A stretch of 64,000 bases of DNA from Spirochaetia bacterium (GCA_963675665.1 OY776510.1:4448001-4512000); one strand, 5' to 3'. Numbered from the stretch's first letter, positions 32,184 through 44,350 are shown. The notes: generated by a model not told the origin, from the letters alone. Numbers and translations: made by a program.

Positions 32184-32759
32184 TTAGATTGCTCCAATAT
32201 TTTCAAGAGAATTCTTTACAATCTTTAATGTTGGTATCATGATACACTCTTCAATAGAACTCAATCTTGTATAAACATCTAAGCCACCAAGTTGAATTGT
32301 TTCATCATCATTCATATCGACTGTAGCCCACCATTCATCAATACTAGCAGCTCGACGATTGAGTCCGAAATATGTATTATATGAAATAGTCAAAAAATCC
32401 TTATAAAAGTTTTCGGCATCATTAAGATGTTTTAAATTCGCAGTATATAATTCTATTCGTTTATCTACCCATTCAGGATTATATGATCCAATAGAACTAA
32501 GATGACTATCAACACTTTGATTGAACCAAAGACGTATTTTATCATTATTTAAATTCAATTCACATATGAAATAATCATATCTAAAAAGAGCAAATATAGC
32601 TGATTCGAATTTATAAACATCTTTGCATTTAATTGGCTGTATATCCATAGAAACACTAACCAGAGCCTTTACACGGTCAAGAAAAGCATTTTCAATTTTA
32701 TCAAGATGTGAATAAATTTGTTCCCTCGTAAGTTTTATTTTCTTCCTAAATAGCCCCAC
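32184..32759 (-). CDS. hypothetical cassette protein
   Basis: 191-aa ORF, GGAG RBS, GTG start just after hairpin A. Confidence 0.7.
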   Translation of the reverse strand: MGLFRKKIKLTREQIYSHLDKIENAFLDRVKALVSVSMDIQPIKCKDVYKFESAIFALFRYDYFICELNLNNDKIRLWFNQSVDSHLSSIGSYNPEWVDKRIELYTANLKHLNDAENFYKDFLTISYNTYFGLNRRAASIDEWWATVDMNDDETIQLGGLDVYTRLSSIEECIMIPTLKIVKNSLENIGAI

Positions 32760-32878
32760 TTTTTTACTCCATGCTTCTTCATAGCCCGTCGGCCGGAGGT
32801 CCGGGCTATTTCTTCAAACTTATTTTACACCCAGAAGGCTAACACTGCTATTATTTTTATTTTTAGCCCTTTAAGTGC

Positions 32879-33016
32879 ATTTAACGACCAAATCAGTTGC
32901 AAAATCGGCCGAGTCTTCGAGGCTTGGCGCAGTTCTGGAGTGAAGCGCGATCAGCGCTGAACGTCTCCGCCAGAACTGTGACAAAGATTTTGACAACTGC
33001 ATTTGTCATGTTAAAT
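32879..33016 (-). repeat. attC 4
   Basis: atttaac...gttaaat. Confidence 0.92.
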
Positions 33017-33104
33017 GCCTTTTCTTATCAGACCGTACGGCGGAGCCAAGGTCTGATTTCTTTTGATATTTATATTTTATAGCCAAGCTTCAAGTTCATT
33101 TTAT

Positions 33105-34478
33105 TCAATTTTCACACTGATTTATAAACTTTTCAACATATTTATAAATACTCTCATATTTTCTTGACTCACTATCCTCTGATAAAAATATTTTAAATTC
33201 TTCTCTTGCTAAATTAAAATCTTCATGCTTGTAAAAGAATAACAAGCCTAAACAATAATGCAATTGATATTTCTCAGGCTCCTCATCTAATATCCCATAT
33301 ATAAATTTTTCACATTGTATATGTACATTATTAGCAGCTCTATTTCTAAAACCTAATTTATAAAAATTATAAGCTTTATCTAACTTCTCTTCATAAGCAA
33401 ATAAAAATGCTTTACTATATGCCCATGTATAATCGCCGGTTGCTCTCTTCTTTGCTTCAAATAATCTTTCATGTGCAACTTTTAAATTTCTTTCATGAAA
33501 ATAAAAAATTGCACTAAGGGTACACATATCATAGCTCAAAGGACATAATTTTTCAGCTTCATGTACTTTTTCACCTATTTTCTCCCAATTACATTCCCCC
33601 AAATATTCATTTATTGCAAAGAAGTGTATTTCCGCCATTAGAAATTCTTTATTATTTTTCTGTATACGTTCAAAATTGGTTTTTAATATTTCAGTATCAC
33701 TTTCAATTTTGATTTGATTACATTTCTTATGCAATTTATATGCTATATCAATAAATCCATTATATGCACATGCTAATCCCAAAATATACAATGAGCCATA
33801 AGAAAATATAAGTGAATTCAGGCTGAAGCCAGTAAGTTCTTGATCATATGAAATCATTGAATTGCGAGGAAATACTGAATACATATCTTGAATAATATTA
33901 TTTTTCCTATCCAACGGTATAGTTTTATGAGAAATAGACTCATTAAATTCAATTACGTAATGCTCCTTACCATTTTGAATTCTATTCCTTGCAACACCAT
34001 ATAAAATAAATTTTGCTTTACTCTTATCATGATATTTCTTTGCTAACAATTTATTATCATTAATTTTCTCAGAATGATATTCAGACAATGTAATCACTTT
34101 AATTTTCTTATCTACACTTTTTATACTTCTTTCAATTTCATCAAAAAAATCTTTTTTAATTTTCTCTCTAACCTTATCATTATCTGTTCTAATCGCAAAC
34201 AAAACTCCAATATCATTTTTTCTAAATTTTGGGATTCTCCTTAAATAAAGCCATATAAAAATGAGAAATATATCTACTATACAAAAAACAATAATATTAT
34301 TTATTATTAAATTCTTATTCGTTGATAATACTTCCAAAGCTGGTATATTATAATCATCAATGGATCCATACAATTTGATTATCCAACTTATAAATAATAA
34401 GAATTGAACCCCTGTAATTGAAATTTTCCTTTCAAGGAGTAGTTTCATTCTGCGCAATGTATCATAACTATCTAACAT
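33105..34478 (-). CDS. membrane-anchored protein with TPR-like C-terminus (copy 1)
   Basis: two N-terminal TM segments, helical repeats such as LHYCLGLLFF...LAREEFKIFL. Confidence 0.75.
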   Translation of the reverse strand: MLDSYDTLRRMKLLLERKISITGVQFLLFISWIIKLYGSIDDYNIPALEVLSTNKNLIINNIIVFCIVDIFLIFIWLYLRRIPKFRKNDIGVLFAIRTDNDKVREKIKKDFFDEIERSIKSVDKKIKVITLSEYHSEKINDNKLLAKKYHDKSKAKFILYGVARNRIQNGKEHYVIEFNESISHKTIPLDRKNNIIQDMYSVFPRNSMISYDQELTGFSLNSLIFSYGSLYILGLACAYNGFIDIAYKLHKKCNQIKIESDTEILKTNFERIQKNNKEFLMAEIHFFAINEYLGECNWEKIGEKVHEAEKLCPLSYDMCTLSAIFYFHERNLKVAHERLFEAKKRATGDYTWAYSKAFLFAYEEKLDKAYNFYKLGFRNRAANNVHIQCEKFIYGILDEEPEKYQLHYCLGLLFFYKHEDFNLAREEFKIFLSEDSESRKYESIYKYVEKFINQCEN

Positions 34479-34611
34479 TTTATAATCTCCGATTTTATTC
34501 TTAATAATTCTATCATCGCCCGTCGGCCGGAGGTCCGGGCGATTTCTCTTACTTATTTTACACCCAGAACTCGAAAACGGCTAACAATTTCATCGAAACA
34601 TCCCTAAGTGC

Positions 34612-34751
34612 ATTTAACGACGTTTTGAGCTGCCTGGCGGCCGCAGTCTTCTGCGGCATTGGCGTGATTCTGGAGTGGAGCGCGATCAGCGCGAAACGTC
34701 TCCGCCAGAATCATGACAATAGCCAGGACTGCTCCAAAACTTTTGTTATAT
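34612..34751 (-). repeat. attC 5
   Basis: atttaac...gttatat. Confidence 0.92.
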
Positions 34752-34760
34752 TTTTGTCTT

Positions 34761-37367
34761 TCATAATAAGTTTTCAATATCATCAAGTGATAATTTCTCA
34801 TATTCAATATCATATCCTGGATATTTCATTATTAAATTCTTTGCTTTTTCTTTTAGTTTATCCAATTTTATCTTATCTTTATTCATCTTTACTTCTACAA
34901 TTATCAATTTCTTTTCAATTTCATCTAATGCGACTATATCTATTTCATTCTTATTACCTTTTTCCCAATATGTACCAATTAATCCAAGATTCGGATTATC
35001 TTTTTTTATCTCAATAAATAATTTTTCTAATATTGGTCCAGAATATGTACTTAAATCTTTTTCTATAATTTTCCATAGCTGTCCAAAATAAGGACTATTA
35101 ATAGCCTGAATCCCTGGTTATAATGAATTGAGCGGGCAAGCTTAAATCATTACAACGGAAGGAAAACAGGCAATGAGTTATAAGAATAGCATTTTAAATC
35201 AGATACTTCAAATCATTCCGAGACATGAATTTGAAAGATCTGTCAGAAAGTATAAAGGAGATTTTGCTTCAAAAGGATTCTCCTGTTGGGAACAATTTGT
35301 TTCAATGCTGTTTGCCCAATTTACAGGACAGACCGGACTTAGAGGCATAGAAACAGCATTGGATTCGATTAAAAACATGCTTTATCATTTGGGGGTAAAA
35401 AAGATTAAACGCTCAACACTTTCCTATGCAAATAACAACAGACCCTCAGAAATTTATGAAAATGTATTCAATAACCTGCTGACAAAGATCCTTAAAATGA
35501 AAAGGTCTCATAAGCATAGATTTAAAAATCCGCTGTACAGTGTTGATGCGACAACCATCGATTTATGCCTGTCAGTATTTCCATGGGCGAAGTTTAGAAA
35601 GAATAAAGGCGGAATCAAACTTAATGTAAAACTTGATCACAGCGGATATATTCCGGACTTTGTATCTGTTACAACAGCTCAAACCCATGAGCTTAATTCA
35701 CTCAAGAAAATGAAATTCAATAAAGGTGATGTAGTTGCATTCGATCGGGCCTATACAGATTTCAAATTATTTGCAAGTTATTGTATTGCAGGCATTTATT
35801 TTATTACTCGTATGAAAAAGAATGCAGATTATAAAGTTTTTCAAAGAAATAATGTTTCAAAATATGAAAATATTTCATCAGATCAAATAATTGAAATGCG
35901 AGGATACTACACCAGCAAGAAGTGTCCACTCCAATTACGGCGAATTAGAATAAAAGATCCGGAAACAGGAAAATATATTGTAATTCTTACAAATCAGCTT
36001 GATTGGGCACCTACAACAGTTGCTGCTGTCTATAAGGACAGATGGCAGATAGAAATATTCTTCAAAACAATCAAACAGAACCTGAAAATAAAGAAGTTTT
36101 TTGGAACGACGAAAAATGCAGTAATGACTCAGATCTGGATAGCATTGATAACTCATCTGATGCTGCAATATCTGAAGATGTTATCTTCCGGTGGATGGAC
36201 TCATTATTCGCTTATGAAATTGCTTCCATCAATCCTGACGACCAGAAAAGATCTCTGGAATATTCTGAATAAACTACCGCCGCCCGGCAGAAATGAGCCA
36301 GGCTTAAAACTTCAAATGGAGCTGTTATGATTGTTTTGGACAGCTATGATAATTTTCTTTATTAATTCATATCGTTCATCCTCTATTAGCCTTATATTTT
36401 TATAAATATATCTAAACCAGAATTTTATAAAATTATCCTTTATTCCATATTTTTGACTTTTTCCATTTTTTTTACTTCCAACTGGTTTTATTTTTTCAAT
36501 TACATCATATTCTACTTCTAACTTTTCTAAATACCCGCCTATACTTTTTTCTAATATGGATTCTATTTCACTTCGAGAAGTACGCCCAACTGAAATCATC
36601 TCCAATATTGAAAAATATATTCCATAATCCTTTCCAAATTCTTGAATTAATAAATTCTTTCCTTCTCCTATAAAAAAAGAGTCCTTTTCCAATATCAAAT
36701 CAAGTATTTTATCAAAGCTATAACATTTTTCTTTTACCAATATTTCTTGGTATCTTGGCACTCCACCTGTTATTAAATAATTATAAAAAAGATTTTCTTT
36801 GCTGTAAGCATTATTATCAATTAATATTTCTTTTATAACTTTCACTTCAAAAGGTTTTATATATAAAATTCTATCTGCCCTTCCATATAAAGGTTCTTTT
36901 GAATTTTGAAAGATTCGTATCATCATTGAGTATATCGAACCTATAAATATTACATAGACTTTTGTCTCAAATTTATATTTATCCCATAAATTTTGTATTT
37001 CAGAATAAATACTCGAATTTATATTATTAAACTCCTGAAACTCATCTATTATTAATACATAAGGATTGTCTTTTCCAAATTTCAATAATTGCTCGAATAA
37101 CTTTGTGAAACTCTTTACTTCTCCAATTATTTCCTGACCAGTAAATTTTTCATATTCTTCTTTCAATTCTTCACACAATAACGGTTCAGCTTTTTTACTT
37201 GTAAAGAAATATAGGTGCTTTTTATCTTTGGCAAATTCTTTTGATAACAGTGTTTTCCCTACACGACGTCTACCTGTTAAAACAGTTATTGCTCCGTATG
37301 ATTCTTCACATTTTGAGTATATATCGTTTAATATTGTTAATTCTTTATAACGGTCATAAAATCTCAT
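34761..37367 (-). pseudogene. AAA ATPase/DUF234 protein split by IS4
   Basis: GRRRVGKT, IIDEFQ; C-terminus KIIEKDLSTYSGPILEK...IENLL* resumes left of the IS. Confidence 0.88.
35074..36348 (+). mobile_element. IS4-family element copy 1 (transposase 35173-36330)
   Basis: 15-bp IR catagctgtccaaaa; 9-bp TSD ATAATTTTC; DATT, FDRAY, YKDRWQIE motifs. Confidence 0.96.
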
Positions 37368-37398
37368 AGCAACCTCCGTTACTGTAACAGCTATTGCT

Positions 37399-37428
37399 AT
37401 TATAATATCCTTATCACGGAGTTGTCAA
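37399..37428 (-). promoter_or_regulatory. consensus sigma70 promoter inside the ATPase cassette
   Basis: TTGACA-18-TATAAT followed by GGAGG RBS. Confidence 0.75.
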
Positions 37429-37431
37429 TAA

Positions 37432-37567
37432 ATATAACGACGATTTGAGTAGCAAAATTGATCGGCGTCTTCGCCGAATTGGCGCGATTCTGGAACGAGC
37501 GATCAGCGAGTGTCTTTAGCCAGAATCGTGACAATAAATTTTGACTACTCCAAATCTTTTGTTATAT
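37432..37567 (-). repeat. attC 6
   Basis: atataac...gttatat. Confidence 0.92.
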
Positions 37568-37618
37568 GCCATATTTTATCAGACCGTACGGCGGAGCCAA
37601 GGTCTGATTTCTTCATAA

Positions 37619-38740
37619 TTACGATCTACTTAGATCTTTGAAATGTATTTCTACAACTTTTGAATAATTACCATAAGTTCTTATCAATTTCTTAGTTTTG
37701 ATAAATAATTCCTCATCTCTTAATTTATTTCTTAATAATTCTACATACTCTGATTTAATCATATTCGCATTTATATAAAATCTTAATAAATCTTCTATCT
37801 CTTTATTATTATTTATTCCTTGATCATTTTTAATTTCATCTTCATTTTCTTTTGCTTTATCTTCTATAATTTCTTGTTCTTCAATTTTTTCATTACTTTC
37901 AGATAATGGAGAATTAGTGTCCGAACTTTCTATATCATTCTTTAATTGCTCTCCGAAAAAAGAATATACAACTCCTGAAAATGTACCATAAGTTCTTATC
38001 AATTTAATAGCATGTTCATAATTATTTCTTTTCATCAGATTTTTATATAAATTGTTCATCTCAAAATCATTTATATTTCTGGAATTAATATAATGCTCAG
38101 TAATTGACTTTATTTTTTCAAATTTTTCTTGCTCAGTATGTTCATCTTTTATTATTGGTTTTTCAGGTAATATGTTTATGGCCACTTTTTTCGGGCCATT
38201 ATATTTCCATCTATTCTTTAAATAAATTCCGTTTATCAGCCACAAAACTGGATTAAATGAAATTATCGTCGCAATCAAGAATGCATATTTATTATATTTA
38301 AGAATTTGAATCATTAATACATTTATAATAATCATGTATATTATTCCAAAAACTGGATATTCAATTGCTGTAAATATTAAAATTATATTTCCTAAAGTTA
38401 AATTTAGCCAACCCCAGAATTTCCACCATTCATATCCCCAATCGTTATTATCATTTAAATTATTCTCTTTTTTTTCACAACTACTTTTTTTATCATTTTT
38501 TCCCTTTGCGTTATTGATTATATTGCCTACAACATTATCTTTGTGCTCCACTTTAATGGGAAGATTTTCTATACTTTTATTATTTTCTTTTATTTTATCA
38601 ACTTTTAAATTAATGTATTTATACTTGGCCTTTACTTCATCTCCTTCAGAGAGAACTATTGCTTTTGCCCATAATGCTTCATCAACATCACCACTTTCAA
38701 ATTCTTTTGTGATATTCAAAAATATAACTTCATCATCCAT
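37619..38740 (-). CDS. hypothetical membrane protein with internal repeat
   Basis: central TM bundle; KLIRTYG module present twice. Confidence 0.75.
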   Translation of the reverse strand: MDDEVIFLNITKEFESGDVDEALWAKAIVLSEGDEVKAKYKYINLKVDKIKENNKSIENLPIKVEHKDNVVGNIINNAKGKNDKKSSCEKKENNLNDNNDWGYEWWKFWGWLNLTLGNIILIFTAIEYPVFGIIYMIIINVLMIQILKYNKYAFLIATIISFNPVLWLINGIYLKNRWKYNGPKKVAINILPEKPIIKDEHTEQEKFEKIKSITEHYINSRNINDFEMNNLYKNLMKRNNYEHAIKLIRTYGTFSGVVYSFFGEQLKNDIESSDTNSPLSESNEKIEEQEIIEDKAKENEDEIKNDQGINNNKEIEDLLRFYINANMIKSEYVELLRNKLRDEELFIKTKKLIRTYGNYSKVVEIHFKDLSRS

Positions 38741-38906
38741 AAATATTCCTTTTTAATTATCAAACAATTACACCATATTCTTTTGTATCATTTTCGCATT
38801 TCAATTTCTTCATAGCCCGTCGGCCGGAGGTCCGGGCTATTTCTTCTTCATTTTACACCCAACAGCCCAAATCACCTAATATTTTTATTTCATCTCAATT
38901 TCGTGC

Positions 38907-39052
38907 ATATAACGACAATTTGAGCTGCGCCCTCGCTCCTGGAGCGAAGCGGAAGGAATTGGCGTGATTCTGGAGTGTAGCGCGATCAGCGCGGAACGTC
39001 TCTGCCAGAATCATGACAATAGACGGCGACTGCTCCAAATTTTTTGTTAAAT
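38907..39052 (-). repeat. attC 7
   Basis: atataac...gttaaat. Confidence 0.92.
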
Positions 39053-39097
39053 GCCTTTCTTAGCAGACCGCACGACGGAGTCAAGGTCTGGTTTCTA

Positions 39098-40240
39098 TTA
39101 ATCTATATATTTCTTCAGTTTTCTTTGAACTAAATTTAAAGATATATTATCCTTATAAGTAAAATAGATCACGTTTACTTTGTTTTCTTTACATAACTCA
39201 AATTTCTGCTTATCTCTTTTTTGCCCTTTTAAAAATGCTTCCTCTCCACCAAAAACATTTACCGGTACAAAATGCTGTTTTCCTTGATACTCAATAGCTA
39301 AATTTATTTCTTTTATAAAAATATCTATTCTTAATGGACTCAACCAAGAAGGACTATATTCACGAATAATAGTATAATCAGAAAAATTTTCCTTTATTAT
39401 TGAATATAAAAGACCTTCATTTTTCCATTTTGATGTTTTTAACAATCTATCAATTTCGGCTCTTGCTGTTTGTGAATCAATTTCGGCAAATAGCTCCATA
39501 TAATCAATAAAAGGCTTTTTATAAAAAATGTAGTTTGTTCCATATTTTGATTGAAGAATTTTAATTCCATCATTTTTTGCTATGCACAAATGACAAATAT
39601 TTTCACGTATTTTTGCTCCATCAGGAATACCTCCTGCTTTTTTAAATACTTCTTTCGAACATGCACAAATATTAGCACCACCATTTATAGCATTGTAATA
39701 GATTGGTAATAATCGTCTTTTATCCTCACTGATATATTTCTCATCCCATATCAAATAATCTTCAATTTTATTTTTATTGTATATATTTATAACATTCTTA
39801 AATATAATAGAGGGCAGGAATAATGTAGATAATCTAGTTTTTAAATTTACTTGTGTCTTTAGTTCTTTTTTATAAAAATGTTGATTTTTTCTTACACCAT
39901 AACCATAATTATAATATTTAAATTCTGCACCAATTACTTCGAATTCAATTTCTTCGATAATCGTTGGTTTTTTCCATTTTGTAATTATATCAATATTATG
40001 TATTTTCAATCCGTCTTCTATTAACATATTTATGGATAAATTTTTATTATTATAACAATCATGTGTTAATACTGAAAAATCAATATTGTTTTCTATACTT
40101 TCATTAATTTGCTTATTCATTTCATCATAAATCTTTTCTTTTATTACTCTTTCTACATCTTTTATAGGTTTCTTAGGCTTTTTTGATAAAGATTTAACTA
40201 TATCATTCTCAATCTTATGAAAATTCAATATAATATTCAT
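39098..40240 (-). CDS. protein with C-terminal Vsr/DUF559-like endonuclease motif
   Basis: LRIDIFIKEINLAIEYQGKQH...QKRDKQK; CxC...CHLC. Confidence 0.7.
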   Translation of the reverse strand: MNIILNFHKIENDIVKSLSKKPKKPIKDVERVIKEKIYDEMNKQINESIENNIDFSVLTHDCYNNKNLSINMLIEDGLKIHNIDIITKWKKPTIIEEIEFEVIGAEFKYYNYGYGVRKNQHFYKKELKTQVNLKTRLSTLFLPSIIFKNVINIYNKNKIEDYLIWDEKYISEDKRRLLPIYYNAINGGANICACSKEVFKKAGGIPDGAKIRENICHLCIAKNDGIKILQSKYGTNYIFYKKPFIDYMELFAEIDSQTARAEIDRLLKTSKWKNEGLLYSIIKENFSDYTIIREYSPSWLSPLRIDIFIKEINLAIEYQGKQHFVPVNVFGGEEAFLKGQKRDKQKFELCKENKVNVIYFTYKDNISLNLVQRKLKKYID

Positions 40241-40272
40241 ATATTATTCCGCATAACATTCACAATTTTTCA

Positions 40273-42681
40273 TTATCCATTTAGAACCGGTGAAACAGTT
40301 AATTTTTTTAACGCTTTTTCATAGAATCCAAAATCAGAATCTGAATATATAGTCTGTAAACCTTTAACTAATTCTAAATCATTCTTTTGTTCATATTCAA
40401 GAAGACCTTTATGTATAACTGTCCTATATAGTTTACATGATAAAGGAGACGTCATATATATTTTTTTAACCAAAGTACTACAAAACTTTTCTGAATCTAT
40501 TTGTTTTTTTGCAGGGAAAACTACATTTATTGTCTTATTAGGATCAATATTATTAACATTTACTCTTGTTGAAGAAAATATTATTCCATCAATATTACTA
40601 TTTCTTTGCACATGTTGCATTAATATTTGTGGGATAATATATTCTGGTTTAAAAGGCATCTGCCTTTCTTTTACTTTAATTTGACATGATGCAATAATAG
40701 GCCAAAGAATTAAATAACTATTTATTGTTTTAATTAATGTCTTAATTGTAATCCTTTCATCAAATTCTTCTTCCGGAAATTTATTCAAATATGATAATAG
40801 TATTTTATTTGTAACTGATATATTGAGCAAATTTACAGTATTATCTTCTGCTAATTCGAATTTAGAAATATGTATCTCATCAAATGATGGACGATCCATT
40901 TCCTCCCAACAGATGTAAGATGACGTTCCTAAATATAAAGCAGGATTTCCTGGTATACTAAAACGGTATGAATTTATGATTCTTCGCTTATTGTAAGGTA
41001 CATGAAATAAGTCTCCCATTTCTAACGATGGCAAGTCTGAAAGTCTTATTCTATATAATTCTTTGTATGGCATTAATTCTTTATCACGTTCAAGTAATTT
41101 AAAGCTATCAAGTACTGGATCTATTTTTTTCATAAGATAATTGAAACTATTATAAGAGGCGATTACATTTCCTTCTAAATAATGAGAAATAACCAATAAG
41201 ATTTTCTCTTCGACTTTTTTAATCATTTGATAATCATTTTCATAGCTGTCCAAAATAAGGACTATTAATAGCCTGAATCCCTGGTTATAATGAATTGAGC
41301 GGGCAAGCTTAAATCATTACAACGGAAGGAAAACAGGCAATGAGTTATAAGAATAGCATTTTAAATCAGATACTTCAAATCATTCCGAGACATGAATTTG
41401 AAAGATCTGTCAGAAAGTATAAAGGAGATTTTGCTTCAAAAGGATTCTCCTGTTGGGAACAATTTGTTTCAATGCTGTTTGCCCAATTTACAGGACAGAC
41501 CGGACTTAGAGGCATAGAAACAGCATTGGATTCGATTAAAAACATGCTTTATCATTTGGGGGTAAAAAAGATTAAACGCTCAACACTTTCCTATGCAAAT
41601 AACAACAGACCCTCAGAAATTTATGAAAATGTATTCAATAACCTGCTGACAAAGATCCTTAAAATGAAAAGGTCTCATAAGCATAGATTTAAAAATCCGC
41701 TGTACAGTGTTGATGCGACAACCATCGATTTATGCCTGTCAGTATTTCCATGGGCGAAGTTTAGAAAGAATAAAGGCGGAATCAAACTTAATGTAAAACT
41801 TGATCACAGCGGATATATTCCGGACTTTGTATCTGTTACAACAGCTCAAACCCATGAGCTTAATTCACTCAAGAAAATGAAATTCAATAAAGGTGATGTA
41901 GTTGCATTCGATCGGGCCTATACAGATTTCAAATTATTTGCAAGTTATTGTATTGCAGGCATTTATTTTATTACTCGTATGAAAAAGAATGCAGATTATA
42001 AAGTTTTTCAAAGAAATAATGTTTCAAAATATGAAAATATTTCATCAGATCAAATAATTGAAATGCGAGGATACTACACCAGCAAGAAGTGTCCACTCCA
42101 ATTACGGCGAATTAGAATAAAAGATCCGGAAACAGGAAAATATATTGTAATTCTTACAAATCAGCTTGATTGGGCACCTACAACAGTTGCTGCTGTCTAT
42201 AAGGACAGATGGCAGATAGAAATATTCTTCAAAACAATCAAACAGAACCTGAAAATAAAGAAGTTTTTTGGAACGACGAAAAATGCAGTAATGACTCAGA
42301 TCTGGATAGCATTGATAACTCATCTGATGCTGCAATATCTGAAGATGTTATCTTCCGGTGGATGGACTCATTATTCGCTTATGAAATTGCTTCCATCAAT
42401 CCTGACGACCAGAAAAGATCTCTGGAATATTCTGAATAAACTACCGCCGCCCGGCAGAAATGAGCCAGGCTTAAAACTTCAAATGGAGCTGTTATGATTG
42501 TTTTGGACAGCTATGAATCATTTTTATTTATTGTTATATGAGGGTTTTTATCAATAATGCCTTCAACAAATCTATTATATTTTTTAAAAACATGCTTTAA
42601 CCCTGTTGAAATATTTTCTGATGTAAGAACTATTGGAAATCCTATAATCTCATTTGAAAGTATCTCTTTTAATGTTTTCAT
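40273..42681 (-). pseudogene. RES-domain protein split by IS4
   Basis: LYRIR, RFSIPGNPALYLG...WEE, PEYIIPQ, GIIFSS; N-terminus MKTLKEIL...KND rejoins in frame across the TSD. Confidence 0.85.
41241..42515 (+). mobile_element. IS4-family element copy 2 (transposase 41340-42497)
   Basis: same IRs, TSD AATCATTTT, identical protein. Confidence 0.96.
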
Positions 42682-42812
42682 ACTAAACACCTTTTAGATT
42701 TTATGCTTTATTCTTTCGCCCGTCGGCCGGAGGTCCGGGCGATTTCTTCTCCCCTATTTTACACCTCAAAACGGTTATCAGCTAACATTTTTATTGAATC
42801 AATCTAATGTGC

Positions 42813-42950
42813 ATTTAACGACGATTTGAGTAGCAAAATCGGCCGAGTCTTCGAGGCTTGGCGCAGTTCTGGAACGTAGCGCGATCAGCGCGGAGTGTCT
42901 CTGCCAGAACTGTGACAAAGATTTTGACTACTCCAAATCTCTTGTTATAT
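42813..42950 (-). repeat. attC 8
   Basis: atttaac...gttatat. Confidence 0.92.
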
Positions 42951-43078
42951 GCTGTTCTTAACCAGACCGTACGGCGGAGCCAGGGCTGGTTTATTATCTA
43001 ACTTTATTGAAATTCATAGCATTTTTTTGATGACCGTCCTAATCGGATTAAAACAGCCTATTTCTTCAATTATAAAAG

Positions 43079-43537
43079 CTATTCCTTTACAAATTCCTTT
43101 ACTTCTTCATAAATTTTTTCTAATTCTTTTTTATCAATTGTATACTTCCCAACATTTTCATCTAAATGCTGAATTGCAAATTTACTCCAAGTATATAGAT
43201 AAGCATTTCTATCTGAGACGCTATGATACGCGACTCCATACTGCAATACAACTTTATTATAAACTTCGTCAGAAAATTCCTTTATTTCAGATTCTGGAAA
43301 ATTCCTTGAATGATATTCTTCCATCATATCTATCTTTATATCTTTAATGGTTTCCATCATCTTTTTATATTCTTCTCTTTTAATATCATCTTCATTTCTT
43401 TTTTTATTTATTTGCTTCCGAATATAATCAATAACAAAGCAAATACCTATAATTATTATAGTTGCTCTTATTGCAAAAGGGAGAGTATCAAAAAAATAAA
43501 ACAATAAAATACATCCAGCAGCTATTAATATTTGCAT
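43079..43537 (-). CDS. hypothetical membrane protein
   Basis: two N-terminal TM segments, AGGAG RBS. Confidence 0.7.
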   Translation of the reverse strand: MQILIAAGCILLFYFFDTLPFAIRATIIIIGICFVIDYIRKQINKKRNEDDIKREEYKKMMETIKDIKIDMMEEYHSRNFPESEIKEFSDEVYNKVVLQYGVAYHSVSDRNAYLYTWSKFAIQHLDENVGKYTIDKKELEKIYEEVKEFVKE

Positions 43538-43555
43538 CTTTTCTTCTCCTATTTC

Positions 43556-44044
43556 TTATGGATATGCTTCACAAAGTGTTAAAGCGTCAGTATATTTTAT
43601 TTCTTTTTTTATTTTATAATGTTCTTGTATTTCATTATATTTTAATCTTCTTCCTGAAGTAGCTTCATAATAATAGTTCTTCCATTTTACCCAAGCATGC
43701 CCGTTTCCATCAACTGTGCCTGTTATTATAATTGGATCACTAAATTTTCCTGGCAAACTATTCTTTATCTTATAAGCGAGCAATATTGAAAAATCCTCAC
43801 AATCTCCAGTTTTACGATGTATTGTTTCTTGGGGTAATTGCCAATAATCTTTGACACCATGTACATATTCATCTTTTCTATAATTTATTTCTTCTTGTAT
43901 TTCATAACGGTATTTCGCAACCATAGCATGACTTGCTGGCCTTAAAATGAAAATATTTATTATCCATCCAACCGTAGAGAATATAAACAAAGAAATATAT
44001 ATTACCCCACAACCATTTCCAATAATTTTAAACGGATTTATCAT
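43556..44044 (-). CDS. transglutaminase-like cysteine peptidase (BTLCP type)
   Basis: DYWQLPQET...GDCEDFS...GHAWV. Confidence 0.85.
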   Translation of the reverse strand: MINPFKIIGNGCGVIYISLFIFSTVGWIINIFILRPASHAMVAKYRYEIQEEINYRKDEYVHGVKDYWQLPQETIHRKTGDCEDFSILLAYKIKNSLPGKFSDPIIITGTVDGNGHAWVKWKNYYYEATSGRRLKYNEIQEHYKIKKEIKYTDALTLCEAYP

Positions 44045-44204
44045 CCTTCACCTCATAATAATGACATCCAATCAAAATATTCATTATGACTAAATATGCA
44101 CTCTTCACAGCCCGTCGGCCGGAGGTCCGGGCTGTTTCTTCTCACTTATTTTACACCCAACCAAAAAAATAACCTAACATTTTTATTTTTTCCTAATTTC
44201 ATGC

Positions 44205-44350
44205 ATATAACGACAAAATCAGTTGCGCCCTCGATCCTGAGCCGCAGGCGAAGGAATTGGCGTGATTCTGGAACGTAGCGCGATCAGCGCGGAGTGTCTC
44301 CGCCAGAATCATGACAATAGACGGCGACAACTGCATTTTTTTTGTTATAC
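44205..44350 (-). repeat. attC 9
   Basis: atataac...gttatac; the upstream gene's stop codon lies in the core. Confidence 0.92.

Noticed and set aside
40273-41253. ORFs starting MDSYE (40273-41253, 56830-57387) as complete genes
   Set aside because: The TTG start and first codons come from the IS4 inverted repeat; the true N-termini lie on the other side of the IS.
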